A stretch of DNA of 63,132 nt, filler included, from Octopus bimaculoides (taxonomy: Eukaryota), in the NCBI RefSeq assembly GCF_001194135.2. It is 3 parts of 3 records of this genome, joined end to end, with 100 filler letters (N's around TTAATTAATTAA, not from the genome) between each part and the next. Parts side by side here need not be neighbours in the genome. Positions count along the whole stretch, not along the records: positions 1 to 19,293 come from NC_069008.1; positions 19,394 to 49,448 come from NC_068990.1; 1 more part is not named here. The stretch is one strand, 5' to 3'. The notes under the pieces are model-generated. The model was given only the letters and a program-made list of their open reading frames with translations. It did not search any database and was not told the DNA's origin. The number at the start of each line of letters is the position of its first letter. Within the stretch, counting starts at the first letter, position 1. A program made the translations under genes and the position numbers. Of this stretch, positions 12,045 to 23,489 are shown piece by piece.

Positions 12045-12409
12045 CATTGTTTTCATATTCTTATTACCTGCTTTGGTTGATTTTCGTGAATATGATGAAT
12101 CCTTATGGCTTCATACCAGACTCGATTTCAGCACTAAATAATTTATTTCGCGTTTTTTTTTCTTTTCGGCGGGTGTGTGTATGTGTGAGCAATCGTCTTA
12201 GTTGACCTTGTAATCTATCGGAAATGCTTTTTTCCGCAGAAAACGGATGGGGTCGCGGGTGGGGCAGAACCTAAGGCAGTTCTGTATATCTTTTGTCTCC
12301 GGATTTGTGCTGGAATCAATCATTTGCTGGCGATCTGGGAGGGGTGTATATAATTTTGCTGCCTCAATAAAAAAATTGGTGCAGCAATCTTCTTTTTTTT
12401 TTTTCTGTA

Positions 12410-12790
12410 GCAGAGTTAAATGAATACCTGGCAAGGTACTGGTGTAGATATTTTGAACGAATACCTGGCCAGATACTGGTGTAGATAGTTTGATCGAATA
12501 CCCGGCCTTATCACCTATTCTTTTTAATCCCGCCAAAAGCGTTCGATGTTTTGTGTGTATATATGATGTGAACAAAATTTTCTTTGTGGTTTATCCTGTA
12601 ATGTTGATAACCCAATGTTTGTGTATCTTTTGTAAGTCGCCCAAGAATCACTGTAGGTAACTGAGCCAGGTTTGAGGTACTTTTGAATTAGTAGAAGCAA
12701 TGTCGCTTTGTCACGCTTCTGACCAGTTAGAGGAACAACAAAAGCACCGCTCAAGGCGATCTTTCGATAATTCCAGCGAACAACCAAACA
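12410..12790 (-). mobile_element. Merlin (IS1016/IS1595 ISXO2-like) DDE transposase relic
   Basis: RDKATLLLLIQKYLKPGSVTYSDSWATY...HIYTQNIERFWRD, then after a frameshift GIRSKYLHQYLARYSF, matches the ISXO2-like domain pattern. TIRs not resolved. Confidence 0.75.
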
Positions 12791-13423
12791 TAAACATTTT
12801 AATTAGAATATACAATCTGTAAATGGAATTGATCGATTATATAATTATATGTATGATCTCAATTAAGACGACTGCAACGAAAAAAAAAAAAAAAACGCGG
12901 GAGACGGAGTCGGGAAGGGGAATTTCCAAGGTTCCGCCCCACCTCCACCGTTTTCCGCGGAAAAAATGCATTTCCGACAGCTTACGAAGTCAACTAAGAC
13001 CATTGCGCCAGAAACGGCAGGAAAAAATTATTTGGTTCTAAAATCGAGTTTGATGTGAAGCTATAAATATGCCAAAATATTCGTTCTTTTGAAAAATTCT
13101 TTTACGATTTCCTACGTTTTAGATGTCGGAGATTACGAATATGCAAAAAAAAAAAATTAATTTCACCCCAATTTAAAATTTTGAGGTGGGTGACTGCGCC
13201 AGGTCCGCCGATAAATTATATCAAAGCATTGATTTCTCAACATTTCTGTAGTTAGAGTATATTTAAGTATATTTCTCCAACAAACTAACGTGGAAATGAC
13301 GGAGAGAGTAGAAGGTTGCCTCCATAGCTAGAAATAGCAGCCAAATGTCACACAAATCAAAAGATATCTGAGAATAAAGTATTAAAATTAAAAGATTAAA
13401 TGTTTTCACTGTTTAATACTTAC

Positions 13424-13500
13424 GGAAATGTTTTTTATAAAGGATGGTGGTAGAGAAATGTATCATAAATGGTTTTGGGAGTTAAGAGAAATTCTGTCAG
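13424..13500 (-). other. Non-coding first exon of ZNF-B (donor GTAAGT at 13423-13418; acceptor 10983; 5' end approximate)
   Basis: 13207-13575 aligns to 5403-5800, including the donor and promoter motifs. Confidence 0.6.
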
Positions 13501-13532
13501 GAGACAAATTTGTCAAGATGCAATGAATGGAG

Positions 13533-13560
13533 GCGGAAGTACGTTTACTGCGCATGCGCA
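13533..13560. promoter_or_regulatory. Probable ZNF-B promoter: ETS GCGGAAGT plus perfect NRF1 palindrome TGCGCATGCGCA
   Basis: Consensus matches at 13533-13540 and 13549-13560, about 110-135 bp upstream of the exon-1 donor. Confidence 0.65.
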
Positions 13561-15139
13561 CGAAAAATTGGTTTCACTTTCAACACAAGGCCAGCAATTT
13601 CGGGAAGTGGATGGTGCTTCAGTCATGGAATAAGGGATAAGAATATCCGTTAGTACTACCGGTATAAATTACCTATGTTAACCCGGTACTACTAAAGCAG
13701 CACGGACCCGAACGCGCAGTCGCGAGTCCGCGCTGCTTTAGTAGTACCTGTTAACCCTGGGCAGGCGTACTATGCTGATAGGATACAGGCAATAACAAAA
13801 TGTAGCGAGATGGAGGAAGAAGACAAGAAGCAAAAGGACAGAATGAAGCGTTGGACCTTACCTTGCCGACCGCAGCGGGGTACACGATCGCTCCTAATCA
13901 GAACACGTCTTTCTCGTAACGTCGCTGTTTTCTCACTGGCCCCACGTGCTAGCCTTCGACCGCGTGTCGCCGACTTCTGATCTGACACTTCCGATCTGAC
14001 CCTTCCGGTCTGGCTTCACCTCTGTTTGCCTCACCCCTCTCCATCACAGCCCATAACACCGCACAAAATAAACAAGAGTTTATCAGGAATCAGATTTAAA
14101 ATTCGTAGAGAGTGGAGAAAACTTTTGATCAACAAATTGATTACTATCAGTTATTACTTTNNNNNNNNNNNNNNNNNNNNNNNNNNNNNNNNNNNNNNNN
14201 NNNNNNNNNNNNNNNNNNNNNNNNNNNNNNNNNNNNNNNNNNNNNNNNNNNNNNNNNNNNNNNNNNNNNNNNNNNNNNNNNNNNNNNNNNNNNNNNNNNN
14301 NNNNNNNNNNNNNNNNNNNNNNNNNNNNNNNNNNNNNNNNNNNNNNNNNNNNNNNNNNNNNNNNNNNNNNNNNNNNNNNNNNNNNNNNNNNNNNNNNNNN
14401 NNNNNNNNNNNNNNNNNNNNNNNNNNNNNNNNNNNNNNNNNNNNNNNNNNNNNNNNNNNNNNNNNNNNNNNNNNNNNNNNNNNNNNNNNNNNNNNNNNNN
14501 NNNNNNNNNNNNNNNNNNNNNNNNNNNNNNNNNNNNNNNNNNNNNNNNNNNNNNNNNNNNNNNNNNNNNNNNNNNNNNNNNNNNNNNNNNNNNNNNNNNN
14601 NNNNNNNNNNNNNNNNNNNNNNNNNNNNNNNNNNNNNNNNNNNNNNNNNNNNNNNNNNNNNNNNNNNNNNNNNNNNNNNNNNNNNNNNNNNNNNNNNNNN
14701 NNNNNNNNNNNNNNNNNNNNNNNNNNNNNNNNNNNNNNNNNNNNNNNNNNNNNNNNNNNNNNNNNNNNNNNNNNNNNNNNNNNNNNNNNNNNNNNNNNNN
14801 NNNNNNNNNNNNNNNNNNNNNNNNNNNNNNNNNNNNNNNNNNNNNNNNNNNNNNNNNNNNNNNNNNNNNNNNNNNNNNNNNNNNNNNNNNNNNNNNNNNC
14901 CCCCCCCCCCCTTCAGAAAACATTTTCCCCACAAATTTCTTTATAATCGTAGTTTGTGCTATTTGAACGGAATTTCTATAAAATTCCATCAATAGATATC
15001 CATTTCCCCCAAAAGTTATGAGAGAAAAATCGGATCTTGTGAGTTTTCCGAAAGTCGTCTCCCCACACACCCCGTTCATTTGCGCAAATTTTTGTTTTCA
15101 CATTCGTTTCTACATTTTTTTTTTTACACCTATTAAGCT

Positions 15140-15575
15140 TTTTCCCCCTTTGTTTTCTAATTGGAAGAGCAAGGTTGAAAACTGTTCTATACATTGGTCC
15201 CCATGTAATAAAGCTTGCATGTTGGTATTGAAAAAGAAGTTATTCTATAGGTGTGAAGACTTAAATGCATGGTTTTATTTCATCAGATCTTAGTCTCAGA
15301 ATGACTGGTAATGTCTGTCTGAAGTCTCCTGATAAAAAATAGTGTAACTCCTGTAGATTTATTGTTTTCTCTTATGTCCTGTAAGGTCTTATCAAGATCT
15401 TCCATTGCACCTCCATGTGACATGGTGTATTCATCCCAAATGATAAGGTGGCATTGGTACAATACTTCTGCTGAACCTGACTCTTTGCTTATGTTACAAA
15501 TTAGTCAGTCAGTGCCCATTGGTTCAAGGAATTTTAAATTAGTGTACTTGGGCTAAGGCGTTTCCAGAAAAATTA
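15140..15575 (-). mobile_element. Helitron RepHel PIF1-helicase relic
   Basis: CNISKESGSAEVLYQCHLIIWDEYTMSHGGAMEDLDKTLQDIRENN...SGDFRQTLPVI...TNMQALLHGD (PIF1 motifs II/III), with frameshifts. Confidence 0.85.
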
Positions 15576-16693
15576 TCTGATCTTAATAGTTATTCAGTTT
15601 ATGGGTGTGTGCGGAGTTATGTGGTCATAAAACTCAGTTATAATTGCATGTGCACACATACACACACATAAATACATATCATATACCTAAGTATATAAAT
15701 ACACACGCATGTGCATACACAATTGTGTACATAAATGCACAGATATACACAAAGACAGAAGTACATACATTATGCATATAGTCACACACGTATATACCAC
15801 TTTCATGGGCGGTACCCACCCATTCCAATATGTTTAATATTAAACTCTTTCCTTTTCTCAGATCATTTCCAGTGTTTCAGTACCACAACCCATTTTTATT
15901 TACCCAAAGAACTGCACACCTCATGAACACTCCCATTCATACTCTATGTTCCTGTCAACTTCAATACAGATTCAGCTCAGCAGGAATTTCAACCATGTTT
16001 CGTGGTCTGCTACCACAACAGCTCCTTTATAGGGTCCAGTTAGCTCAAGACATCATCTGGAGGAACCACGTCCGGTTTCGGCCCCTACTCCTCTACCGTT
16101 TTGACGTGGCGGTGCCCCACCTTTCGGAGGTGTCTTCAGCTCTGGTGTTGGGTGCATGTCTTCTTTCTTCTATTCCCTGGCCTCTTCGATGCAGCATCAA
16201 CGAGTGTCAGCGTCCGACTGACTGTCTTGTCAAATTCCCCTTTTTATACCTGCTGCTAGGCTCCAGCAGGCTGCCCCAGCAAGTTGTCACGTGACACTGT
16301 CTAAACTTCCCGCTGCTAGGCTCCAGCAAGTATTAACCTCATCCAGTTGCTCTTAATCTTGTATTGTCTATGTGTGTCGGTGTGGGTTTCTCTCGTCTTT
16401 TATCTATTTCAATGACTTGATTGTGGCCATGCTGGAACAATGCCTCAAAGAAATTTTAGTCGAATGAATCAACCCCCCCACCCACCGGTCTCTTTTGTTG
16501 AACAGCTAAGTTACAGGGACATAAATGCACCAACATCAGCTGTCAAGCAATACTGGGAGACCAACATTGAAGACACACACACATACATAGATATATATAA
16601 TGAGTTTTGCTTAAGTTAACTGTAGCTGGTTCATCTTGATGTAGCTGTGTGTTGGTCATGCATGAACTGGTCTAGTCTGTGTGCCTGGAGTGA

Positions 16694-16802
16694 CAGAAGA
16701 TAAATGAATGACAAGAAGAACCAGGTAAATTCAATGCAACTGTTATTTATTACAACCCCTTATAAAAATACATGGCAAATGTCTTACATATTGTGAAGTA
16801 AC
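16694..16802 (-). terminator. Probable polyadenylation region of ZNF-C (AATAAA at 16751-16746)
   Basis: Paralog of 7842-7950. Confidence 0.6.
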
Positions 16803-16909
16803 AAGTTTGACAAATTTTAAGTAACTTTTGTCTGGAACAGTGGAAGTTGTATCATGGTTGAAATTCTGTAGCATGTTCATGGCTTGGTTCTGTGTGTTGG
16901 GCAGCGTTG

Positions 16910-17570
16910 GTTGTTGTGGAGGAAATACAAGTTTACCAGGTGAGGGAGAGAGAGAGAGAGAGAGAGATCAGGAATGAAGACAGAAACAGGTGTACTGCCA
17001 CAAAGGAGATACATGGTTACCCAGCCTGAGGGAAGTGCAGGAGAAGCAGATAGTGGGAGACAACACGATCGAGATGGCAGCAAAATGATGGGCATATTCA
17101 CAAGGGAGGGGATCCGAACATAAATGGGGATGGTTGAGTAAAGGAAGAGAGAGATATGGATGGTGGCAAGGGCCAGAGCATACCCTTGAGGTTCGAACGT
17201 CATAATATAAGAGACAGGATACTGCAAAGGAAGCAGGGGGGAGGGGTTGAGTGATGACAACCTGGGTATTAAATAGGGTCAGGCAGCTACTGGATAGCAA
17301 TGATACAGAGGGACAGGACCATGAGGACAGGATTGGGGAGTGAGAGGTAGGCATAGTGTATGAAGGAAGAAATGTGAAGAAGAGATGTAGATTGGTTTGT
17401 TGCGATAGGGTGTGTAAAAAGTGTTCTTGTTAACATGTGGGTGGAACACACAAGTTGGGGGAAAGCCAATAGCAATAATACAGTAAGAGAGGGCGTGTGG
17501 GTGGAACATACCGGTCAGGAACTAGCGGAGAGCAATGATACAGTGAGACAGGGCCAAGAGGGCAGGACTG
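16910..17570 (-). mobile_element. Purine/pyrimidine-skewed insertion unique to the ZNF-C 3' region, possibly a Penelope-type 3' end
   Basis: Absent from the aligned ZNF-B region. YIMTFEPQG weakly resembles the T-L-x-P-x-G end of Penelope endonucleases. Internal short duplications. Confidence 0.3.
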
Positions 17571-17654
17571 TATTTAAAATAAATATTTTCAATGGCAGTC
17601 AAAAATAACATCAATGGTCCTTGTAAGAAGAAACGTTGGTACTTCTAGTGTTAA

Positions 17655-17874
17655 CCCTTTAGCATTTAAACCAGTCATATCTGGCACAAACATTCTATCT
17701 ATTTTATGTTCAAACTAGTTAGAGTCTGCATTTTACACCTACCCGACAATGTCATTCTGAAAATACACAATCACATCACCAAAATTTGAAAGTTGTGAGT
17801 TAATGGATGACAAATTGGAAATAATGTGAATAAATAAACATCACATTTGAGAGACTAATCTTCATGGTAAAGGG
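17655..17874. mobile_element. Orthologous piggyBac-type MITE in the ZNF-C 3' region
   Basis: Same element and same flanks as 9198-9418; right TSD decayed. Confidence 0.75.
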
Positions 17875-17879
17875 CTCAG

Positions 17880-18078
17880 TCACCACTTACAGAGAAGGGT
17901 TTACTACAAATATCAGTGGGATTGCTTCTTCCCCTTATGAACACATTTGTGAGAAGTTAAGCTGTTATGTTGAGTGAATGACCTACCACAGATATCACGA
18001 GGATATGGCTTCTCTCTGCTACAAAATTGTGTGTGAATAGTGAAGTCATTACCTTGAGAGAATGATTTGTCACAAATA
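17880..18078 (-). pseudogene. Fossil C-terminal fingers of ZNF-C
   Basis: A +1 insertion (CCA A CAC) truncates the ORF. The shifted frame gives [55 protein letters not shown]. Confidence 0.8.
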
Positions 18079-19293
18079 TCACAGTGGTGTTGGCTTCTCT
18101 CCTGTATGGAAACGTTTGTGAGAAGCTAAGTTGCCACTTTGAGAGAATGACCTACCACAGATATCACAAGAATATGGTCTCTCTCCTGTATGGAAACGTT
18201 TGTGAGAACATAAGTTGCCACTTTGAGAGAATGATTTACCACAGATATCACAGTGATATGGCTTCTCTCCAGTATGGATATGTTTGTGTTCAGATAAGCT
18301 AGAACTCACAGAGAATGCTTTACCACAGACATCACAGTGATATGGCTTCTCTCCTGTATGGAAACGTTTGTGAGTAGTTAAGTTGCCTCTTTGAGAGAAT
18401 GATTTACCACAGATATCACAGTGATATGGTGTCTCTCTGGTATGAATACGTTTGTGATTAGTTAGGTTACTACTGACAGAGAAAGATTTATTACAGATGT
18501 TGCATTGATATGGCTTCTCTCCTGTATGGAAACGTTTGTGAGTAGTTAAATTGCCACTTTGGGAGAATGATTTACCACAGATATCACAAGAATATGGTGT
18601 CTCTCCTGTATGAATACGTTTGTGATTAGTTAAGTTCCTACTGACAGGGAAAGATTTGTTACAGATGTCACAGTGATATGGTGTTTCTCTTCTATGAGTT
18701 CGTTCATGATAAGTCAAAGCAGAGTTGCGAGAGAATGATTTACCGCAGATATTACAGGAATATGGTTTCTCTCCGGTATGAATACGTTTGTGAGAAGTTA
18801 AAACACTACTTTGAGAGAATGATTTACTACAGATTTTACACTGATATGGCTTCTCTCCTGTATGAACACGTATGTGAGATTTTAAAATGCTTTGGTCAGA
18901 GAATGATGTACCGCAGACATCACAGTGATAAGGTTTCTCTCCGGTATGAAGACGTTTGTGTCTTGTCAAGTCATATTTCTGAGAGAACGGTTTACCACAG
19001 ATGTTACACTGATATGGCTTCTCCCCTGTATGAACACGTTTGTGATAACTTAAAGCACTTCGGTCAGAGAATGGTGTACCACAGATATCACAATGATAAG
19101 GCTTTTCTCCAGTATGAATACGTTTGTGAGTAGTCAAGTTATTCCTGTGAAGGAATGATTTACCACAGATGTCACAGTGGAATGGCTTCTCCCCTGTATG
19201 AATATGCTTGTGAGAATTTAAATCACTTCGGTCAGAGAATGATGTACCACAGACATCACAGTGGTATGGCTTCTCTCCTGTATGAATACGTTT
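18079..19293 (-). CDS. C2H2 zinc-finger protein ZNF-C, 5'-partial, at least 14 intact fingers
   Basis: The frame is open from the contig edge at 19293 ([10 protein letters not shown]...) to the stop at 18079 (405 codons). The 5' end lies beyond the synthetic join. Confidence 0.9.
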   Translation of the reverse strand, partial: KRIHTGEKPYHCDVCGTSFSDRSDLNSHKHIHTGEKPFHCDICGKSFLHRNNLTTHKRIHTGEKPYHCDICGTPFSDRSALSYHKRVHTGEKPYQCNICGKPFSQKYDLTRHKRLHTGEKPYHCDVCGTSFSDQSILKSHIRVHTGEKPYQCKICSKSFSQSSVLTSHKRIHTGEKPYSCNICGKSFSRNSALTYHERTHRRETPYHCDICNKSFPVSRNLTNHKRIHTGETPYSCDICGKSFSQSGNLTTHKRFHTGEKPYQCNICNKSFSVSSNLTNHKRIHTRETPYHCDICGKSFSQRGNLTTHKRFHTGEKPYHCDVCGKAFSVSSSLSEHKHIHTGEKPYHCDICGKSFSQSGNLCSHKRFHTGERPYSCDICGRSFSQSGNLASHKRFHTGEKPTPL

Positions 19294-19393
19294 NNNNNNN
19301 NNNNNNNNNNNNNNNNNNNNNNNNNNNNNNNNNNNNNTTAATTAATTAANNNNNNNNNNNNNNNNNNNNNNNNNNNNNNNNNNNNNNNNNNNN
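19294..19393. other. Synthetic scaffold spacer 44N-TTAATTAATTAA-44N
   Basis: Exactly 100 bp; self-complementary core with stops in all six frames; repeated identically at 49449-49548. Confidence 0.9.
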
Positions 19394-19639
19394 TAAAATC
19401 TTTGATTTATAGTTTAAAGTCTTTGATTTACGGATTTCGATAAAATATCGATTTTCTCATATTGGTTCAAGGTCAGTTTAAGGGAGAATGTTTGGAGGTT
19501 GGAATCGATTTCAGTAAAAGCCTGATTCTCATTTTATCGATCTGGACTACGAAAAGCAAAGTCAGCACAGTCGAATGAATCTACTAAACACTGCTCAGAG
19601 GAGAGACCGGTATATCGAGTTAAACAAATAAACTCAGCG

Positions 19640-19900
19640 TTACCTTGCTAAGTGTGTGGCTTAGTGATTTGGGTGTTGGACTCGTGATCGTAAGATTGTG
19701 GTTTCGATTCCTGGATCTGGCGATGCGTTGTGTTCTTGAGCAAAAGACTTTATTTCACGTTGTTCCAGTCCATTCAGCTGGTAAAAGTGAGTAATCTTGC
19801 GACGGACCGACGTCCTGTTCAGGTGGGGGAATATATACGCCATGAAACCGGGAAACCGGCCCTTATGAGTCGGTATGACTCGAGAAGATAACTTTACCTA
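19640..19900 (+). mobile_element. tRNA-headed SINE (family D) with central GCGTTGTGTTCTTGAGCAA core
   Basis: GTGGCTTAGTG...GGTTTCGATTCC head. Related copies at 29325-29575, 31220-31520, 33380-33500 (+) and 22200-22580 (-). Confidence 0.7.
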
Positions 19901-21401
19901 GGTGTGTCGACAATGCTGAACAGACATGGGCAAAGTGCGACCCGCGGTACTTTCTAGATGGCACGTCTAGAAAAAGGTATTTTGAATTCTTTTCAGTATT
20001 GAGGATCGCCTGATGACGAAACATGTCTTATGTGGCCCGTTTCTGGCAAAGGGTTGCCCATGCCTAATTTAGGACATCGACAGAAGCAGCTGGAGTCATC
20101 ATGTAGCTGCCCTCTTCCACAGCTGAACCCTTTTGCATTCGGATTATTCTGTCTAATGGAATGCTTATTTTTCATATAGTTTTGAATTTACCATGCATTT
20201 ATCTCGTAGCTTCAAGATTTCCACTCATGTAATTCGTTTATTTTTAGAATGACATTGTAAGGTATGTGTGACAGGCTGGATCTGGTTAGTTTGATCATGA
20301 AACAGGTAGATTATTTTGGCCTAGTTTGGCCAGTTGAAATGCAAAACGATTAAAAATCCTTCTTTCACGCAACGTCAATGAAGTCGACAATGCGCAGACA
20401 TGATTCATGTGCAGTTCTTCCAGACTGTCCCCTATTCGCTACATATGATGGCCCATCGGATTCAGCTGGTGAAATTATATTTTCTATTCCTCTAGAATAG
20501 GCCAAAGGTCAATGAGTTCACGACTTTGACCAGCCTGCGTCCAGTATCTATATTGAAAAAAATAAGACGAAAATGTTTAGAGAACTTTAACATGGAAAAA
20601 TAGAAAGAAAACATGTACCGGTTTCGGTTGTATAAGACAAGCTCTTCAAGCTGGAATAAAATGGAAAGGAAAACTGGATTAATTTCAATTAAACTTTCAT
20701 AATATTAGTTCTGGAGGTTCATATATTTTTATAAAAATCACAAGGTGCTGTATTTCATGTCCTGATGGGTGCTGGTTGGTATTGATGGCTGCTTACATAT
20801 GTTATATAATATATACATTATACACCTTCTCCACACACAACACACATATAAAGTTATAGGAAATATTACCGACCGATAGCTTTTTTTTTTTACTTCTTTC
20901 ACCTTCTTTTCCAGTATTTCAGGATTAGGACCACCTCTTCTTTGGGAAGTCTTCGGGAAAATGGTGTTGTGAGCTAACTTCTCTGTTTTGCAGCGTGTCA
21001 GAGTAGTTGGCTTCGAAGATTTCCTTGAGAGGGAGGGGGACGAGCCCGAAATATTGTATTACACGGTAAAATCACAAACCATCGACCTTTTTTATGTCTT
21101 ATGACATCTACTGCTTTGGCAAAACAGAAAAAAAACCCAGAAAAAAAAACATTTAGCCCTTTCACCACACACATACATACTTGCGGAACTGAACATGGTA
21201 AAAATTGAAAAGATCTAACATCGATGCTTTGAACTGAGAGTCGAGCGACGAATGCAAATACTAAAAAATATTTAGCTCGACTCTCCCTTTTCAGTGCTGT
21301 CACTGATTTTAGGAGAGAATTTCAAAAGATCGAACCCGTTTCGGGTAAAATGCATGTTATTCTTAAATATCAGAATGAGTTGGAAAACTCTTGTTACTTA
21401 C

Positions 21402-21592
21402 GTCGGATACGATGATGCTCGAGGCACATATTCTATAAATTGTATATCTGGGATTCTTTCAACATCGTCTTTCAATGTTAATAATACCTGGGAGCTCTTT
21501 GTTCCTCACAGACATACTGCGGCCTTGGGGCTTACTTTTCCATCCACCTTTAACGGGCATGCAGCAGTAAATATTCTCAGCTCTAGTCTTTA
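21402..21592 (-). CDS. Candidate pair of small exons (21592-21536, 21432-21402) of an unidentified gene
   Basis: Acceptors ttttcag and tttatag, donors GTAAGC and GTAAGT, compatible phases giving KTRAENIYCCMPVKGGWKKYVPRASSYP. No recognisable domain. Confidence 0.25.
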
Positions 21593-23050
21593 CTGAAAAT
21601 CTATCAGGTAGAGCTGACTATCACCAATATCCGTTATGTAGACGGTACGCTATAAATATTAGTTTAAACTTTTATATCGATTCTAGTGCTCAACTAATAC
21701 ATTTTTTATCGACCCCAAAAGAATGGAAGACAAAGTCGATTTCAACGGCATTTGAACTCAGAATGTAAAGACATACAAAATGCTGCTAAACATTTTGCCC
21801 GGCGTGCTAACGATTCTGCTAGGTCACCGCCTTGTACGCAATGAATATTAGTACTGTTAATGACGACAGTGAAAAGATGGCTCTTGGGTCTTAAAAGTTA
21901 AAGACAAAGTTAATCTCAAAGAAAATTACTATTAATTTGCAACATAAAAAATATCTAACCAATTGACTAATAATAAATGAGTAGAATTGGCTCTTCCTAG
22001 ACACAACAAAATTTGTTTCAACACACGAATTCACATAACGAATCTTGCAAACCAGATACATAAACGAAGTAAAAAAAAAATAACGGAATAACATTGGAAC
22101 ATGTCCATCAGAAAGTCAACAACAAAAGGAGAAAACAAGTTTAGTTCATTGGATGACGTGTGGGAGTGATGACGAGCCATGTCTCATTGCAGACCGCTTC
22201 TCGCAAAAGGTTACTAATGTTTGCTCTGTTAGGCATGACACATAAAGAGAGAAACTGGCACTCCGTCGGTTACGACGGTGAGGGTTCCAGTTGATCCGAT
22301 CAACGAACAGCCTGCTCGTGAAATTAACGTGAAAGTGGCTGAGTACTCCACAGACACGTGTACCCTTAACGTAGTGCTCATGGCAGAGTGAGCGTGACAG
22401 CGACAAGGCTGGTGTTTTGAAATACAGATACAACTCGTTTTTGCCAGCAGAGTGGACTAGAACAACGTGGAATAAGATATCTTCCTCAAGGACGCAACGT
22501 GCCGCCAGGAATCGAACTTCCGAACTTACTATCGTGAGCCAATTACTCTGACCGCTAAACCACGCGCCTCCACTAAAGAAAGAAATGAGACTGTGTGACT
22601 CACATTCGCTGAAGAAACTTAGGAAAAACTCGAATCAGTCGGTTAAATCAAATAACTCCAGGACTTGACTAGTTTCCTATTTTATCGACCCCAGGATGAT
22701 AAAAGGTGAAGTTGACCTCGGCGGAATTTGAATTCAAAAACAGAGCCGTAAATTGATACTGCACATGTTCTAACGATTCTGCCAATCCTTTCGTCTCGGT
22801 AACAAAATAAGATAATAAACATCCACGTACGACGAAGAGTTGAAAAAACAAATAAACAGGATAATACTAATAAACAGTTTTTTGGTTTATCTTGTTGATT
22901 ATTTTTTTGACGTGGGAATGAGGGGGGATGAGGTGGTGGTGGGGTGTATTTATTGCCCAGCCTTTCTACGGGTTTGTGTTTTTCAAAAACTAATTCAAAA
23001 TATCAAGTGACATTTATAACGTTTCAAACTGACCTTCGTATGATTTATAA

Positions 23051-23134
23051 GCACACACACACACACAAACACACACAGACACACACACATACACACACAC
23101 ATTATTATTATTATTATTATTGTTGTTGTTGTTG

Positions 23135-23216
<82 letters not shown>

Positions 23217-23218
23217 AT
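23051..23218. repeat. Compound microsatellite (CA)n-(TAT)n-(TGT)n-(TAT)n
   Basis: Directly visible. Confidence 0.95.
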
Positions 23219-23489
23219 GTGCGTGTGTGCATGTATCTGCGCGCACTCGGACACTCGCGCGCCTACGCACTGACAGCGGAGAGTTGATCCACATATTTAT
23301 CACTTGCCAGATGATGTGCTACCCAGTTACACTATTTATTTAACAGTGTTTATTTTATACACCAGTTAGCTCTATTAAGGGTGTGAGAGAGAAAGCCCTC
23401 AATTATTACATTGGGTAAGCTAGTGTGGTGGTGTTCATTTATATCCAAGCAGTGTGCCGCAGTGTAATGGTCATACAAGTCTATTTACT

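Noticed and set aside
12930-13206. Merlin terminal inverted repeats
   Set aside because: Only short GGACC-type matches (11437, 13202); no convincing TIR pair or 8-9-bp TSD.
15950-16340. LTR/pLTR-like segment with TATAAAAAGG and CTGAAGA...GCCGAAAC on the minus strand
   Set aside because: Stem II is not followed directly by GAAA and there is no valid stem III or cleavage triplet; element family unresolved.
20994-21065. Plus-strand 72-bp exon candidate (RVRVVGFEDFLEREGDEPEILYYT)
   Set aside because: Good acceptor but weak donor, no partner exons found, and it overlaps minus-strand candidates.
21236-21285. 11-bp hairpin GAGAGTCGAGC/GCTCGACTCTC
   Set aside because: Isolated short stem with a 28-nt loop; no other support for function.
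22944-23303. Poly-Tyr, poly-Ile and poly-Asn ORFs (also at 33.6-34.0, 36.8-37.1 and 47.9-48.1 kb)
   Set aside because: Translations of microsatellites.
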